A stretch of 64,000 nucleotides of DNA from Candidatus Levyibacteriota bacterium (GTDB lineage Bacteria > Patescibacteriota > Microgenomatia > Levybacterales > UBA12049): assembly GCA_016204465.1 (NCBI GenBank), contig JACQKQ010000033.1:858-64857 (forward strand), given 5' to 3'. The notes below the pieces were generated by a model. That model saw only the letters and a list, made by a program, of their open reading frames with translations, made no database searches and was not told the DNA's origin. Made by a program: the position numbers and the translations under genes. Below, one piece after another: positions 29,145-38,141 of the stretch. Positions within the stretch are counted from its first letter, which is position 1. The number at the start of each line of letters is the position of its first letter.

Positions 29145-30866
29145 ATGAAGAAGTGGGAGGTTATCCATAAGTTCAAAGTTCAAAGTTCAAAGTTCAAAGT
29201 TAAAGAGCTTATTGATATTCTTTTAGAAAACCGAGGTATAAAAACGGCCAAAGCCCGAAAAGAGTTCCTTAATCCAAAACTTGAGGATGTTACTACAGAG
29301 TCGGTTGGAATTGACGAGGATAAGTTAAAAAAAGCGTTAAGTAGAATTAAAAAAGCAATTCAGGAGAAAGAGCAGATTGTTATTTTTGGCGACTACGATG
29401 TAGACGGTATCTGCGGCACTGCAATTCTTTGGGAAACCCTCCATAGCCTAGGTGCAAAAGTTCTTCCTTACATACCTCATCGTGTTGATGAAGGCTACGG
29501 CCTTTCAAAGAAAGGAATTTCAAATCTCCAATTTCATCTATTCGACAAGCTCAGGACAAGAATGTCAAATGTCAAATTAATTATTACCGTGGATAATGGG
29601 ATTGTTGCAAACGAGGCCGTTCAATACGCTATAAAACAGGGGATTGATGTTATTATTACCGATCATCATGTTCCTTCTAAAAAATTACCAAAAGCACATG
29701 CGATTGTGCATACGACAAAGTTGTGTGGGACTGGTGTTGCCTATTTGCTTGCGAAAAAGATTCTGAAACAAGTTCAGCATGACAACGGCGAGGATGATCA
29801 CTTAGGTCTTGTAGCCTTGGCTACGGTTGCGGATTTAGTGCCGCTCACCAGTAGTAATAGAACGTTGTTAACGCATGGGCTCAAAGTTCTTAGACAGTCT
29901 AATCGGCCCGGGCTTTTAGCTTTGTGCAAAGAGGCAGGTATCAATCAAAAAACTATCGGCACGTATGAAATTGGTTATATTATTGCGCCAAGGCTCAACG
30001 CGATGGGAAGAATAACTTCTGCTATGGATAGTCTTAGGCTTTTGTGCACGAAAAGCCAAGAGCGGGCAAGCCTACTTGCTCAAAAATTATGTTTAACCAA
30101 TAAAGAACGCCAGTTGCTAACAGAAGAGACTGTACTTCATGCGTTTACTGGAATAAGAAATCAGGAATCAGGAACTAAGAAACTATTATTCGTTGCGCAT
30201 GAAACATATCAGCAAGGAGTTATTGGACTTGTCGCCGGTAAGATTGTTGAAGAGTTCTACCGCCCGACTATTGTTGTCTCAAAAGGAGAGGTATATAGCA
30301 AGGCATCGGCGCGATCGGTTGCAGGATTTAATATGATTGAGTTTATCCGCCAGGCCTCAAACCTCCTTGTAGATGTTGGCGGTCATCCTATGGCTGCGGG
30401 GTTTACCGTTGAGACCGAAAAACTTGTGCTTCTTCAGGAAAAACTTGAAGGACTTGCAGAGACACTACTTAATGGAGACAAACTTACAAAAACGCTTCGT
30501 ATAGATTGCGAATTACCACTTTCGATTGCCAGTCGCGACCTCCTCACAGTGCTTGAAGAGCTTGCTCCGTTTGGCATGGGAAACCCGCAGCCTTCATTTG
30601 TGAGCCGAGGTGTGTTTATTGAGGACATGCGATTGGTGGGAAGAGATAAAAAACACATCAAATTTCAATTCAAAAGCCAAAATGCAATCCTTCGACTTCG
30701 CTCAGGACAGGAAGTCAAAATAGACGGAATTTCGTTTGGAATGGGAGAACGAGCGCACGAATTCTCCATTGGGCAGAAAGTTGATATCGTTTATACGATT
30801 AGTGAGGATAAGTGGAATGGAAATACCGCGTTGCAGCTTAAAATAAAAGACCTAAAACCCTCTTAA
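29145..30866 (+). CDS. recJ: ssDNA exonuclease RecJ carrying five micro-insertions
   Basis: GDYDVDG, ITVDNG, TDHH, ATVADLVPL, APRLNAMGR, GGHPMAAG, PFGMGNP. Confidence 0.96.
   Translation: MKKWEVIHKFKVQSSKFKVKELIDILLENRGIKTAKARKEFLNPKLEDVTTESVGIDEDKLKKALSRIKKAIQEKEQIVIFGDYDVDGICGTAILWETLHSLGAKVLPYIPHRVDEGYGLSKKGISNLQFHLFDKLRTRMSNVKLIITVDNGIVANEAVQYAIKQGIDVIITDHHVPSKKLPKAHAIVHTTKLCGTGVAYLLAKKILKQVQHDNGEDDHLGLVALATVADLVPLTSSNRTLLTHGLKVLRQSNRPGLLALCKEAGINQKTIGTYEIGYIIAPRLNAMGRITSAMDSLRLLCTKSQERASLLAQKLCLTNKERQLLTEETVLHAFTGIRNQESGTKKLLFVAHETYQQGVIGLVAGKIVEEFYRPTIVVSKGEVYSKASARSVAGFNMIEFIRQASNLLVDVGGHPMAAGFTVETEKLVLLQEKLEGLAETLLNGDKLTKTLRIDCELPLSIASRDLLTVLEELAPFGMGNPQPSFVSRGVFIEDMRLVGRDKKHIKFQFKSQNAILRLRSGQEVKIDGISFGMGERAHEFSIGQKVDIVYTISEDKWNGNTALQLKIKDLKPS
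29169..29203 (+). repeat. Heptamer array (AAGTTCA)x4 + AAGTTAA in recJ
   Basis: Four perfect units and one variant; encodes KFKVQSSKFKVK. Confidence 0.92.
29516..29574 (+). repeat. Heptamer array with nested 24-nt TTCGAC..GCTCAG element in recJ
   Basis: AATTTCA AATCTCC AATTTCA [TCTATTCGACAAGCTCAGGACAAG] AATGTCA AATGTCA. Confidence 0.85.
29758..29784 (+). repeat. Mini-hairpin element in recJ (ILKQVQHD)
   Basis: AGATT-CTGAA-ACAAG-TTCAG-CATGACA. Confidence 0.55.
30150..30177 (+). repeat. Heptamer array in recJ
   Basis: GGAATAA GAAATCA GGAATCA GGAACTA, encoding GIRNQESGT. Confidence 0.75.
30669..30720 (+). repeat. Heptamer array with nested 24-nt element in recJ
   Basis: TTCAAAA GCCAAAA TGCAA[TCCTTCGACTTCGCTCAGGACAGG]AA GTCAAAA. 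Confidence 0.88.
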
Positions 30867-31087
30867 GGTCTCTTTGGTTTGGGAGGACCCTTTTTGTTAC
30901 CAAATTGGCGAACTGGAACAATTGGTGTTTTTACCCCATTTACACAAACTGTTCTAACAGCTTCAGCAGGAATAGCTTCATGCGGCTGCATTGTTCTCCA
31001 TGCGCCTAATTCTGACGGTTCGCCTATCTCCTGTTTAGGAAGCGGTCTATCTATAAATTCTGGATCGTTGTTTGGAATTTCTGTCAT
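30863..31087 (-). CDS. Hypothetical protein
   Basis: 74-aa ORF co-directional with the 31097-31513 ORF; no motif recognised. Confidence 0.5.
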   Translation of the reverse strand: MTEIPNNDPEFIDRPLPKQEIGEPSELGAWRTMQPHEAIPAEAVRTVCVNGVKTPIVPVRQFGNKKGPPKPKRP

Positions 31088-31096
31088 ACTTTACGC

Positions 31097-31513
31097 TTAC
31101 TTGTTTGGATTGAGATCTTCGTTAAATTCACCAGCTCTCACACGTTGTTTTATATTTTCTAATACTTCTAGATTGAGGCCATATGACTCTAGTGGATAAT
31201 GAATTATTGGTATCTTCGGTTTTTGATTTATCCTTGCTTCGAATATCACTCGTTCTGCTTCAGATACAATTGGTGATTGTGAAGGTTTAAGTTCAGGGAT
31301 ATCGCAAGACATTACTTTATCTGCCTCTTGTTTAAGCCCGTCATCTGCAAGATCCGTATACACAGCGAATGCAGCTTTATTCAACATACCTCTCTGAGCA
31401 CGCGTGTACTTGCTTGTTATTTCATCCGGTCGTTTCAAACGAGTATGCAAGCTAGCGAGTAATCGGATTCTAGCCATTTGGTATGAGTTATATCTTCCTT
31501 CAACACTCCTCAT
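31097..31513 (-). CDS. Hypothetical protein
   Basis: 138-aa ORF preceded by SD GGAGG and a structured leader. Confidence 0.7.
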   Translation of the reverse strand: MRSVEGRYNSYQMARIRLLASLHTRLKRPDEITSKYTRAQRGMLNKAAFAVYTDLADDGLKQEADKVMSCDIPELKPSQSPIVSEAERVIFEARINQKPKIPIIHYPLESYGLNLEVLENIKQRVRAGEFNEDLNPNK

Positions 31514-31689
31514 ATACCTTCCTCCATCAAAAAATCTCCCTTTTATGTTTGGGAGATTTGGTAAATAGATTTATTGGCTTTACACTCAAATCTCCCTCTA
31601 TCTAAAGAGGAGGAAGCGATGTGTAATGCAAGAAAAAGATAATTTCACGGCTACAATGGGATTTTAGCGCGCAAAGAAAGGCTTGTCAA
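31514..31689 (-). promoter_or_regulatory. Promoter plus ~140-nt leader with alternative terminator/antiterminator
   Basis: Minus strand: TTGACA(31689-84)-17-TAAAAT(31666-61); terminator AAATCTCCC-loop-GGGAGATTTTTT; an upstream GGGAGATTTG can pair with CAAATCTCCC. Confidence 0.65.
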
Positions 31690-31709
31690 GAGGGTAAAAT
31701 CCATGTATT

Positions 31710-31737
31710 ATGAATCAGGAAACATGAATCAGGAAAC
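31710..31737 (+). repeat. 14-bp tandem duplication (four heptamers) spanning the aspS start
   Basis: ATGAATC AGGAAAC ATGAATC AGGAAAC. Confidence 0.8.
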
Positions 31738-33055
31738 AAAAAGAGCGTTAGCTGCAGACTGTTTGGAAAGAATTGGGCAGGAAGTGACCCTTGCGGGTTG
31801 GGTGCAGACGGTTAGGGCGCATGGCAAAATAGCCTTTTTTGACCTTCGCGACCGCTCGGGCAGCATCCAGATAGTTGGTGTTTCAGAAGATTTAGCCAAA
31901 GTCGTAACAAACCTTAACCAGCAGGATGTGGTTGAGGTCAAAGGTACCGTTAAGAAGCGAAAAGATGCGTTTGTGAATCCGCATACACCGTTTGGCTCAA
32001 TTGAGATTGCGGCTTTCTCTCTTGCCATACTTAGTAAAGCTGAAACCATGCCTTTTGACATGGCAGGAAAAGAGCTTGTATTAGAGCTTCCAACTCTTCT
32101 TGATCACCGTTCTCTTTCACTTCGCCATCCTAAAGTTTCTGCGATTTTTTCTGTTCAGGCGTCAATACTTGAAGGCTTTCGCAAAATGGCAGAAAAATTT
32201 AACTGCACAGAGATTGTCGTGCCAACGATTGCCAACATCGCAACAGAAGGAGGCGCCGAGGTGTTTCCCGTTGATTACTATGGCCACAAGGCGTACCTTA
32301 CCCAAAGCCCACAGCTTTACAAGCAAATGATGGTGCCAATTTTTGAGCGCGTATGGACGATTGCAAAGGCTTATAGGGCCGAATCTTCGGTTACCACTCG
32401 TCATTTGGCCGAAACAACACAGCTTGATTTTGAAATCGGGTTTATTAATTTTGAAGGGTTGCTTGATATGTTTGAAGAGGTAGCGGTAGGAATGTTAAAA
32501 CACGCAGAAAATGCATCGAAAGCAATATTAAGGTCGTTTAACATTCCGCCAATTGGCTTTGAGAAAATTCCACGATTTACCCTTTCGCAAGCGCAAGTAA
32601 TTATTTTTAAGGCGTACAAGCGCGACGTGCGAAGCCAAAAGGATCTCTCTCCCCAAGACGAGATAGACATTTGCGCCTGGGTTCGCAAAGAGTATGGCAG
32701 CGATCTGGTGACCATTACGCACTTTCCAACAAAAAAACGAGCCTTCTATACCATGCCAGATCCAAAAAATCCCGAATTCTCATTAAGCTACGACGTTTTA
32801 TTTCGGGGCGTTGAGATACTAAGCGGTAGCCAGCGAATTCACGAGTACGATAAATTGGTCGCTGCAATAAAGACAAGAGGGCTTGATCCAAAGGCGTTTG
32901 ACATGTACCTTATGGCGTTTCGGTACGGTATGCCGCCGGAGGGCGGTTTCTCATTTGGCTTGGAACGCATAACAATGAAGATGCTTGGTCTTCCTAATAT
33001 CCGGCAGGCAAGCCTTTTTCCTCGAGATATGGAGCGTGTTGATGAAAGGTTATGA
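31724..33055 (+). CDS. aspS: Aspartyl-tRNA synthetase, short archaeal/non-discriminating type (start may be 31703)
   Basis: OB fold GWV..R.HGKIAFFDLRDRSG; TEGGAEVF, QSPQLYKQ, YRAE, EILSGSQR, GMPPEGGFSFGLER, LFPRD. Confidence 0.9.
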   Translation: MNQETKRALAADCLERIGQEVTLAGWVQTVRAHGKIAFFDLRDRSGSIQIVGVSEDLAKVVTNLNQQDVVEVKGTVKKRKDAFVNPHTPFGSIEIAAFSLAILSKAETMPFDMAGKELVLELPTLLDHRSLSLRHPKVSAIFSVQASILEGFRKMAEKFNCTEIVVPTIANIATEGGAEVFPVDYYGHKAYLTQSPQLYKQMMVPIFERVWTIAKAYRAESSVTTRHLAETTQLDFEIGFINFEGLLDMFEEVAVGMLKHAENASKAILRSFNIPPIGFEKIPRFTLSQAQVIIFKAYKRDVRSQKDLSPQDEIDICAWVRKEYGSDLVTITHFPTKKRAFYTMPDPKNPEFSLSYDVLFRGVEILSGSQRIHEYDKLVAAIKTRGLDPKAFDMYLMAFRYGMPPEGGFSFGLERITMKMLGLPNIRQASLFPRDMERVDERL

Positions 33056-34020
33056 AATTTTTTATCATCCCCTGTCTTTTAACAGTACTGTACCTAAGTT
33101 TACAGCTAATCGTAAAGCAGACGCAAAACGATCTTACTTTATTGGCCATTAGACCAACCACGTTTTCGTTTTCACCAGCGCCGTACCCGATTGTAAAAAG
33201 TGTGTTAGCTGCAAAAAGCAATGCTTTGCAAAAAAGCCAAGTTTCTGTTTCGGCAAAGGCGTATGCTATTATGGACGATGAGTCAAAAGTGGTTATTGCA
33301 GTAAAGAATGAAAAAACGAGGTTTCCTATGGCATCAACTGCAAAAATTATGACTGCCATTATCGGTCTTGAGCAGTTCTCGCTTGATAGCGTACTCACAG
33401 TGCGGTCTTCGAGTATTTCCGGTTCGATCGTAGGACTTGTGCCGGGGGATGCTTTTTACTTTAGGGATCTTCTTTATGCGATGCTTCTTCCATCTGGCAA
33501 CGACGCCGCATTAACCATAGCAGATAATTATCCGGGGGGCCAAGATGCGTTTATTGCCGCTATGAACAAAAAAGCGGCAGAGCTTTCTTTATCCGCAACC
33601 CACTTTGCCGATCCGTCTGGAATTGGCGAGGACAATACAACAACAGTTATTGATCTTGCTTGGCTAGCGTCTCTTGCAATAAAAAACGATGTAATTGCAG
33701 ATATTGTTAAGACAAAAAGAGCAACAATTACAAACGTTTCTAAAAGCAAAATTTATCCATTGAATAACTTAAATAAATTATTGGGTACAGATGGGGTAAA
33801 CGGCATTAAAACAGGATTTACGGATGAGGCAGGCGGCGTGCTGACCACATCGCAGAAGGTAGAGAATCACTCGTTTATTATCGTTGTCATGGGGAGTAAG
33901 GAGAGATTTGCCGACACGCAAGAACTCCTGCAGAGCATTACAAAAAATGTAACGTTTCAAAATGTAGCGTTGCCATTTATTCAATCCAGTCGTTTCTCAC
34001 AGCCGAGACATAAGCCGTAA
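33052..34020 (+). CDS. D-alanyl-D-alanine carboxypeptidase (peptidase S11)
   Basis: ASTAK (SxxK), SGNDAA (SxN), KTGFT. Confidence 0.92.
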   Translation: MKFFIIPCLLTVLYLSLQLIVKQTQNDLTLLAIRPTTFSFSPAPYPIVKSVLAAKSNALQKSQVSVSAKAYAIMDDESKVVIAVKNEKTRFPMASTAKIMTAIIGLEQFSLDSVLTVRSSSISGSIVGLVPGDAFYFRDLLYAMLLPSGNDAALTIADNYPGGQDAFIAAMNKKAAELSLSATHFADPSGIGEDNTTTVIDLAWLASLAIKNDVIADIVKTKRATITNVSKSKIYPLNNLNKLLGTDGVNGIKTGFTDEAGGVLTTSQKVENHSFIIVVMGSKERFADTQELLQSITKNVTFQNVALPFIQSSRFSQPRHKP

Positions 34021-34981
34021 ATCCATTTTGTCCTTCAAAAACAATAATTGGCATGAGGAATTGCTGATTACTATCTGCCGCGTAGTAGCCAAGAAAAACA
34101 TTCTGTATCGGAATAGAAGTTTTGTTGCCGTCATAGGATGCGATGTACCCGATTCCTTTTTGCAGTTGTGAAAGCGCCTCTTTTGCAGTTTTTATTGGGT
34201 ACGTTGCTGCTTCATTACTTAAGGGTAAATAGGAAAAGTTGGCTTCAACAAGCTCTGGAGTAAATGAGGGCTTCGCAACGATCGCATAGAGCAACGATTG
34301 TCCAGGTTTGTTGTAGTAAATCGCAATGTCTTGTATTGGTTTTTGAAAAAAATCCACGCGAATGAATGAATTCTTTTTCGTTGTTTTCGTTTTTGCTTCG
34401 TCTAAGTCTTGCGGAAAAACACCTAAGGATACAAAAAAATCTTTTGCTGCAGTAACTGCTTCTTCGGGGGAAAGGTTTTTTTCATCTGAAAACATTTCGG
34501 GGTTGGAAAGGTAATTCGATGTGAGCGATACGTACGGATCAACAATATTAAGAACAAGTTTTTTGGAGAGCGTTCCTTCTTGCGTTGTCCATTGGTACTT
34601 TGTCTGTGAGAGTGCAACGGGTTTGTTTGTAAAACCTGCTTTGTTTGCCTTATCGGTTGCTTTTTGCAAGTCGAGCAAACCTGGCGTATTTTTTACTCCT
34701 TTGTAGACAATTGTTTGTGTTGGAAATTGCGGTAAAAGCCCAGAGAGCGTATCAACTGTATAGGCAAATTGCACTTCGGAGGCATTTTTAGGAAACGTAA
34801 CTTTAGGAAGTTTTCCAAAGGTAACGGTTGGCGGAGTTTCGGGAGTTTTGAAGTAGCGTTCTTTTAATGAAAGAGCAAGCTGTAAAAGAAAAAACAGCAA
34901 AATTCCCCCAAGAATAAGAAAAACCAAAGCGCGAAGGAGCATTTTTGTTCGCAAAACCGCGTAATGGAGCTTGGTAGCCAT
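33977..34981 (-). CDS. Hypothetical membrane-anchored exported protein
   Basis: N-terminal TM, PPTVTFGKLP, C-terminal LGYY...PIIVFEG. Confidence 0.75.
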   Translation of the reverse strand: MATKLHYAVLRTKMLLRALVFLILGGILLFFLLQLALSLKERYFKTPETPPTVTFGKLPKVTFPKNASEVQFAYTVDTLSGLLPQFPTQTIVYKGVKNTPGLLDLQKATDKANKAGFTNKPVALSQTKYQWTTQEGTLSKKLVLNIVDPYVSLTSNYLSNPEMFSDEKNLSPEEAVTAAKDFFVSLGVFPQDLDEAKTKTTKKNSFIRVDFFQKPIQDIAIYYNKPGQSLLYAIVAKPSFTPELVEANFSYLPLSNEAATYPIKTAKEALSQLQKGIGYIASYDGNKTSIPIQNVFLGYYAADSNQQFLMPIIVFEGQNGFTAYVSAVRNDWIE

Positions 34982-35050
34982 GTCTTGAGTATAGTGAATG
35001 TATGCGATACAATGCAATAGATGCTCAAAACAAGCATCTAGCGCGCAACT

Positions 35051-35080
35051 ACGCGGAAAATTACGCGGATAAACGCTGAA
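35051..35080 (+). repeat. ACGCGGA micro-repeat upstream of gltX
   Basis: ACGCGGAAAATT ACGCGGATAA ACGCTGAA. Confidence 0.55.
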
Positions 35081-35087
35081 TGTTAAT

Positions 35088-36317
35088 ATGGTACGAGTTA
35101 GGATTGCTCCAAGTCCAACAGGTATCCCTCATATCGGCAATACCAGAACTGCGCTTTTCAATTATTTATTTGCAAAGCACAATCAAGGAAAATTTATTCT
35201 TCGGATAGAAGATACAGATCAAAAAAGAATCGTTCCTGGTGCAAAAGAGGCAATTGTGGAAATTCTTACTTGGCTCGGGCTTTTTCCAGATGAGCAGTAT
35301 ACACAATCCGAACGCCTTTCTCTTTACAAAGAGCACGCAGAGCTTCTAATTAAGAAAGCTATCGCATATAAAAAAGACGGTGCGGTTTGGGTACGTGTAA
35401 ACACAGGAGCTGCAATTGCTTGGGATGATGCCATTGGAAACAAGAAGATACAATTTAATAGTAATGATATTGAAGATTTTGTTGTGCTTAAATCCGACGG
35501 TTTCCCAACCTATCACCTCGCAAGCGTTGTTGACGACCACCTCACGGAAATTTCCCATGTCATTCGGGGCCAGGAGTGGATATCCTCAACGCCAAAGCAT
35601 TTGTTTTTGTATGAAAGTTTTGGTTGGAAGCCTCCAATTTTTGCTCATTTACCCGTTATTTTAGGACCGGATAAAGCAAAACTCTCAAAGCGTCACGGCG
35701 CAAAGTCAGTGCTTGATTACCGTGATGAAGGGTATCTAAAAGAAGCGCTGCTTAATTTTATGGTAATTCTAGGATGGAGTCCTGGAGGGGACAAAGAAAT
35801 AATGTCCATGGATGAAATGGCGCAGCTTTTTGATCTGAAAAATGTTAATACTGCAAATCCAATTTTTGATATTGGTAAATTACAATGGCTAAACGGAGTG
35901 TACATTCGTCAATTAGGAATTGACGAACTAAGTGAAAAAATAAAAAATAAAAATGAAAAATTAAAAAGAATTAATGAAAAAATATTTAAAAAACTCGTCG
36001 AGCTCGCCCAGTCCCGCATGAAGACATTAAATGAGTTTGACGAGCTTGTTGCGCCGATTGTTGAAGAGCCTAAAGTTGTTCTCTCGCAAAACGAAAAAGA
36101 ACTTGCAAGAAAGCTCAATGTTGGTTTTTCGTCAATCGTCCATTGGGAAAGCAATGCGATTTTTACTACAATAAAAAAGGTGATGCAAGAAGCACAGGTA
36201 CGTATGCCTGTCATGTATAGAATTATGACGGGAAAAGAGAGCGGGTTGCCATTGCCGCAGGTGCTTGAAATTATAGGGAAAGAGAAGGTTTTAGAAAGGT
36301 TGCAGAAGCTCTTATGA
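35088..36317 (+). CDS. gltX: Glutamate--tRNA ligase (compact)
   Basis: RIAPSPTG, HIGN, RIEDTD, HVIRGQEW, KLSKR. Confidence 0.95.
   Translation: MVRVRIAPSPTGIPHIGNTRTALFNYLFAKHNQGKFILRIEDTDQKRIVPGAKEAIVEILTWLGLFPDEQYTQSERLSLYKEHAELLIKKAIAYKKDGAVWVRVNTGAAIAWDDAIGNKKIQFNSNDIEDFVVLKSDGFPTYHLASVVDDHLTEISHVIRGQEWISSTPKHLFLYESFGWKPPIFAHLPVILGPDKAKLSKRHGAKSVLDYRDEGYLKEALLNFMVILGWSPGGDKEIMSMDEMAQLFDLKNVNTANPIFDIGKLQWLNGVYIRQLGIDELSEKIKNKNEKLKRINEKIFKKLVELAQSRMKTLNEFDELVAPIVEEPKVVLSQNEKELARKLNVGFSSIVHWESNAIFTTIKKVMQEAQVRMPVMYRIMTGKESGLPLPQVLEIIGKEKVLERLQKLL
35932..35966 (+). repeat. Degenerate heptamer array in gltX
   Basis: GTGAAAA AATAAAA AATAAAA ATGAAAA ATTAAAA. Confidence 0.55.
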
Positions 36318-36904
36318 AAATTATCGCAGAACTTATTTCTATTTTTTTTAATCCTGCGCTTTTTTTCTTTCTTATGCCGTTTTCGGTTGTATATCGATAT
36401 ACGCAAGATGGTTCGTACGCAATGAAATGGTTCTTGTTTTCGGCAATTTTTACTACACTTGGTATTCTGCTGTTCTTAATTGGAAGATTACACGGCACAT
36501 TCTCCGATATAGATATTAGCAAACGAAAAGAACGAGGGACAATGTATGTTTTTGCTTGGGCAATTGCAGTATTTTACCTTGCGGTAGCAATACTTTTTAA
36601 GGGTGTATTATTTCCTCTTTCAATCGCTTCTATCGGCATTGTTGTAGGACTTTTGGTGTTTGAAGCGGTAACAGTAAAAGCAAAGGCGAGCATTCACACT
36701 GGGACAACGTGTGCGTGGGTTTTGTCTCTTGGTTTGCTATTTGGTATTAAGCTGTTTTTATGGACCGTGTGGGTTGTGCCGCTTGTTGCATGGGCAAGGC
36801 TATCCTTGCGGCGTCACACTATGCGTGAAGTTATAATCGGAGGATTATTAGGAAGCAGTATTACGCTGCTGACATTTTATGTAGGAAAGCAATTTGTTCC
36901 ATAA
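36314..36904 (+). CDS. PAP2-like membrane phosphatase family protein
   Basis: KASIH, WARLSLRRHT..EVIIG; multiple TM helices. Confidence 0.7.
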   Translation: MKIIAELISIFFNPALFFFLMPFSVVYRYTQDGSYAMKWFLFSAIFTTLGILLFLIGRLHGTFSDIDISKRKERGTMYVFAWAIAVFYLAVAILFKGVLFPLSIASIGIVVGLLVFEAVTVKAKASIHTGTTCAWVLSLGLLFGIKLFLWTVWVVPLVAWARLSLRRHTMREVIIGGLLGSSITLLTFYVGKQFVP

Positions 36905-36907
36905 AAT

Positions 36908-37285
36908 ATGATTGATCACCAGAAATTAAAGCCGTCTTTTGAGCACGCTGTTAAAGGCGTTCATTACGCAATGCGGGAGAATCAAAACCTACGCATACAT
37001 CTTATTTTGGCAGTTTTAGCGCTTGTTCTCGCAATCCTTTTGCAGGTAAACCCATTTGAATTGGCAGTTGTCGAGTTAACAATTCTTTTAGTTATTGCAG
37101 CAGAGATGATAAACACTGCAATCGAGCAGATGGTTGATTTGATTACAACCGAACACCGAAAAGAAGCAGAAATCGCAAAAGATGTTTCTGCAGGCATGGT
37201 TTTAGTTACGGCAGTCGGCGCAATTGTCATTGGCGTGCTCATATTCTCTCCCTATATCTTGCGTATCATTGATATTGCATTATGA
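36908..37285 (+). CDS. dgkA: Diacylglycerol/undecaprenol kinase
   Basis: NLRIH, EMINTAIEQMVD, AKDVSAGMV. Confidence 0.92.
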   Translation: MIDHQKLKPSFEHAVKGVHYAMRENQNLRIHLILAVLALVLAILLQVNPFELAVVELTILLVIAAEMINTAIEQMVDLITTEHRKEAEIAKDVSAGMVLVTAVGAIVIGVLIFSPYILRIIDIAL

Positions 37286-38136
37286 GCAAAATAAAAGCAT
37301 CGCTATATGCTCTCCTTGCATTTTTCCTCTGGAGCCTTTTGGGTTTAGTATTAAATCTTTCAAGCTTTACCGCAATGCAGAATATAAGTTTTCAAGGCTT
37401 TGCTGGAAGCGTTCTTGCTAGTGCCATTTTATTTAAAAAGAGAAAAAGCTTTCCATTCACAACAATAAAAAAGCATAGTAAACTTTTTTTCTTCATGTTC
37501 TTTACAAACGCAGCAGGAGTTCTTTTTCTCTATTCTTATACCATTATGCCAATTGCAAAAGTGCTATTTCTTTTCAGCAGTGGACCCGTTATCGCAGTAC
37601 TAATAGAATTGCTTGTCCTAAAGCAAAAACCTAGTACAAAAAAGATACTTGCTGTCGCCTTGGGCTTAGTTGGTGTTAGTCTTATCTTGATTGAAAATCC
37701 TTTTGAAAATGCTTCGCTTATAACGTATGGCGGTATCCTGGTTCTTTTTGCGTCATTCCTTGCAACAGTGAGAGATTTTATTGTCAAGAAAATGCAAGAG
37801 CGACAGTTGTTAGAAGTTATAATCTTTTTCATTTTGTTTTCCCAACTTATCTTCAGCCTCCCTTTTGCAATGCAGTCTTCTTGGCGTTTTGAGACGTATT
37901 CGGTTCTTGCATCTTTGGCAGCAGGAACGCTCGGTGGCGTAATTGCATTCTTTCTGTATTACAAAGCGATACATGCATTAAAAGTTTCAACCGTTTGGGT
38001 GCTTTATTATTCAGAAATCTTGCTTGGGAGTTTGTGGGGAATTCTCTTTTTATCACAAGCTTTTTCTTTGCAAACACTTATTGGCGGAGCTGGGATTTTA
38101 GTTGCTGCCTACCTTGCCTTAAAATCTGGAGAATAA
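37282..38136 (+). CDS. EamA/DMT family transporter
   Basis: About ten TM helices in two repeats. Confidence 0.85.
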   Translation: MSKIKASLYALLAFFLWSLLGLVLNLSSFTAMQNISFQGFAGSVLASAILFKKRKSFPFTTIKKHSKLFFFMFFTNAAGVLFLYSYTIMPIAKVLFLFSSGPVIAVLIELLVLKQKPSTKKILAVALGLVGVSLILIENPFENASLITYGGILVLFASFLATVRDFIVKKMQERQLLEVIIFFILFSQLIFSLPFAMQSSWRFETYSVLASLAAGTLGGVIAFFLYYKAIHALKVSTVWVLYYSEILLGSLWGILFLSQAFSLQTLIGGAGILVAAYLALKSGE

Positions 38137-38141
38137 TAACA

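Noticed and set aside
37995-38141. N-terminal extension of the DUF3800-like ORF
   Set aside because: It overlaps the EamA gene; the family motif begins just after ATG 38142.
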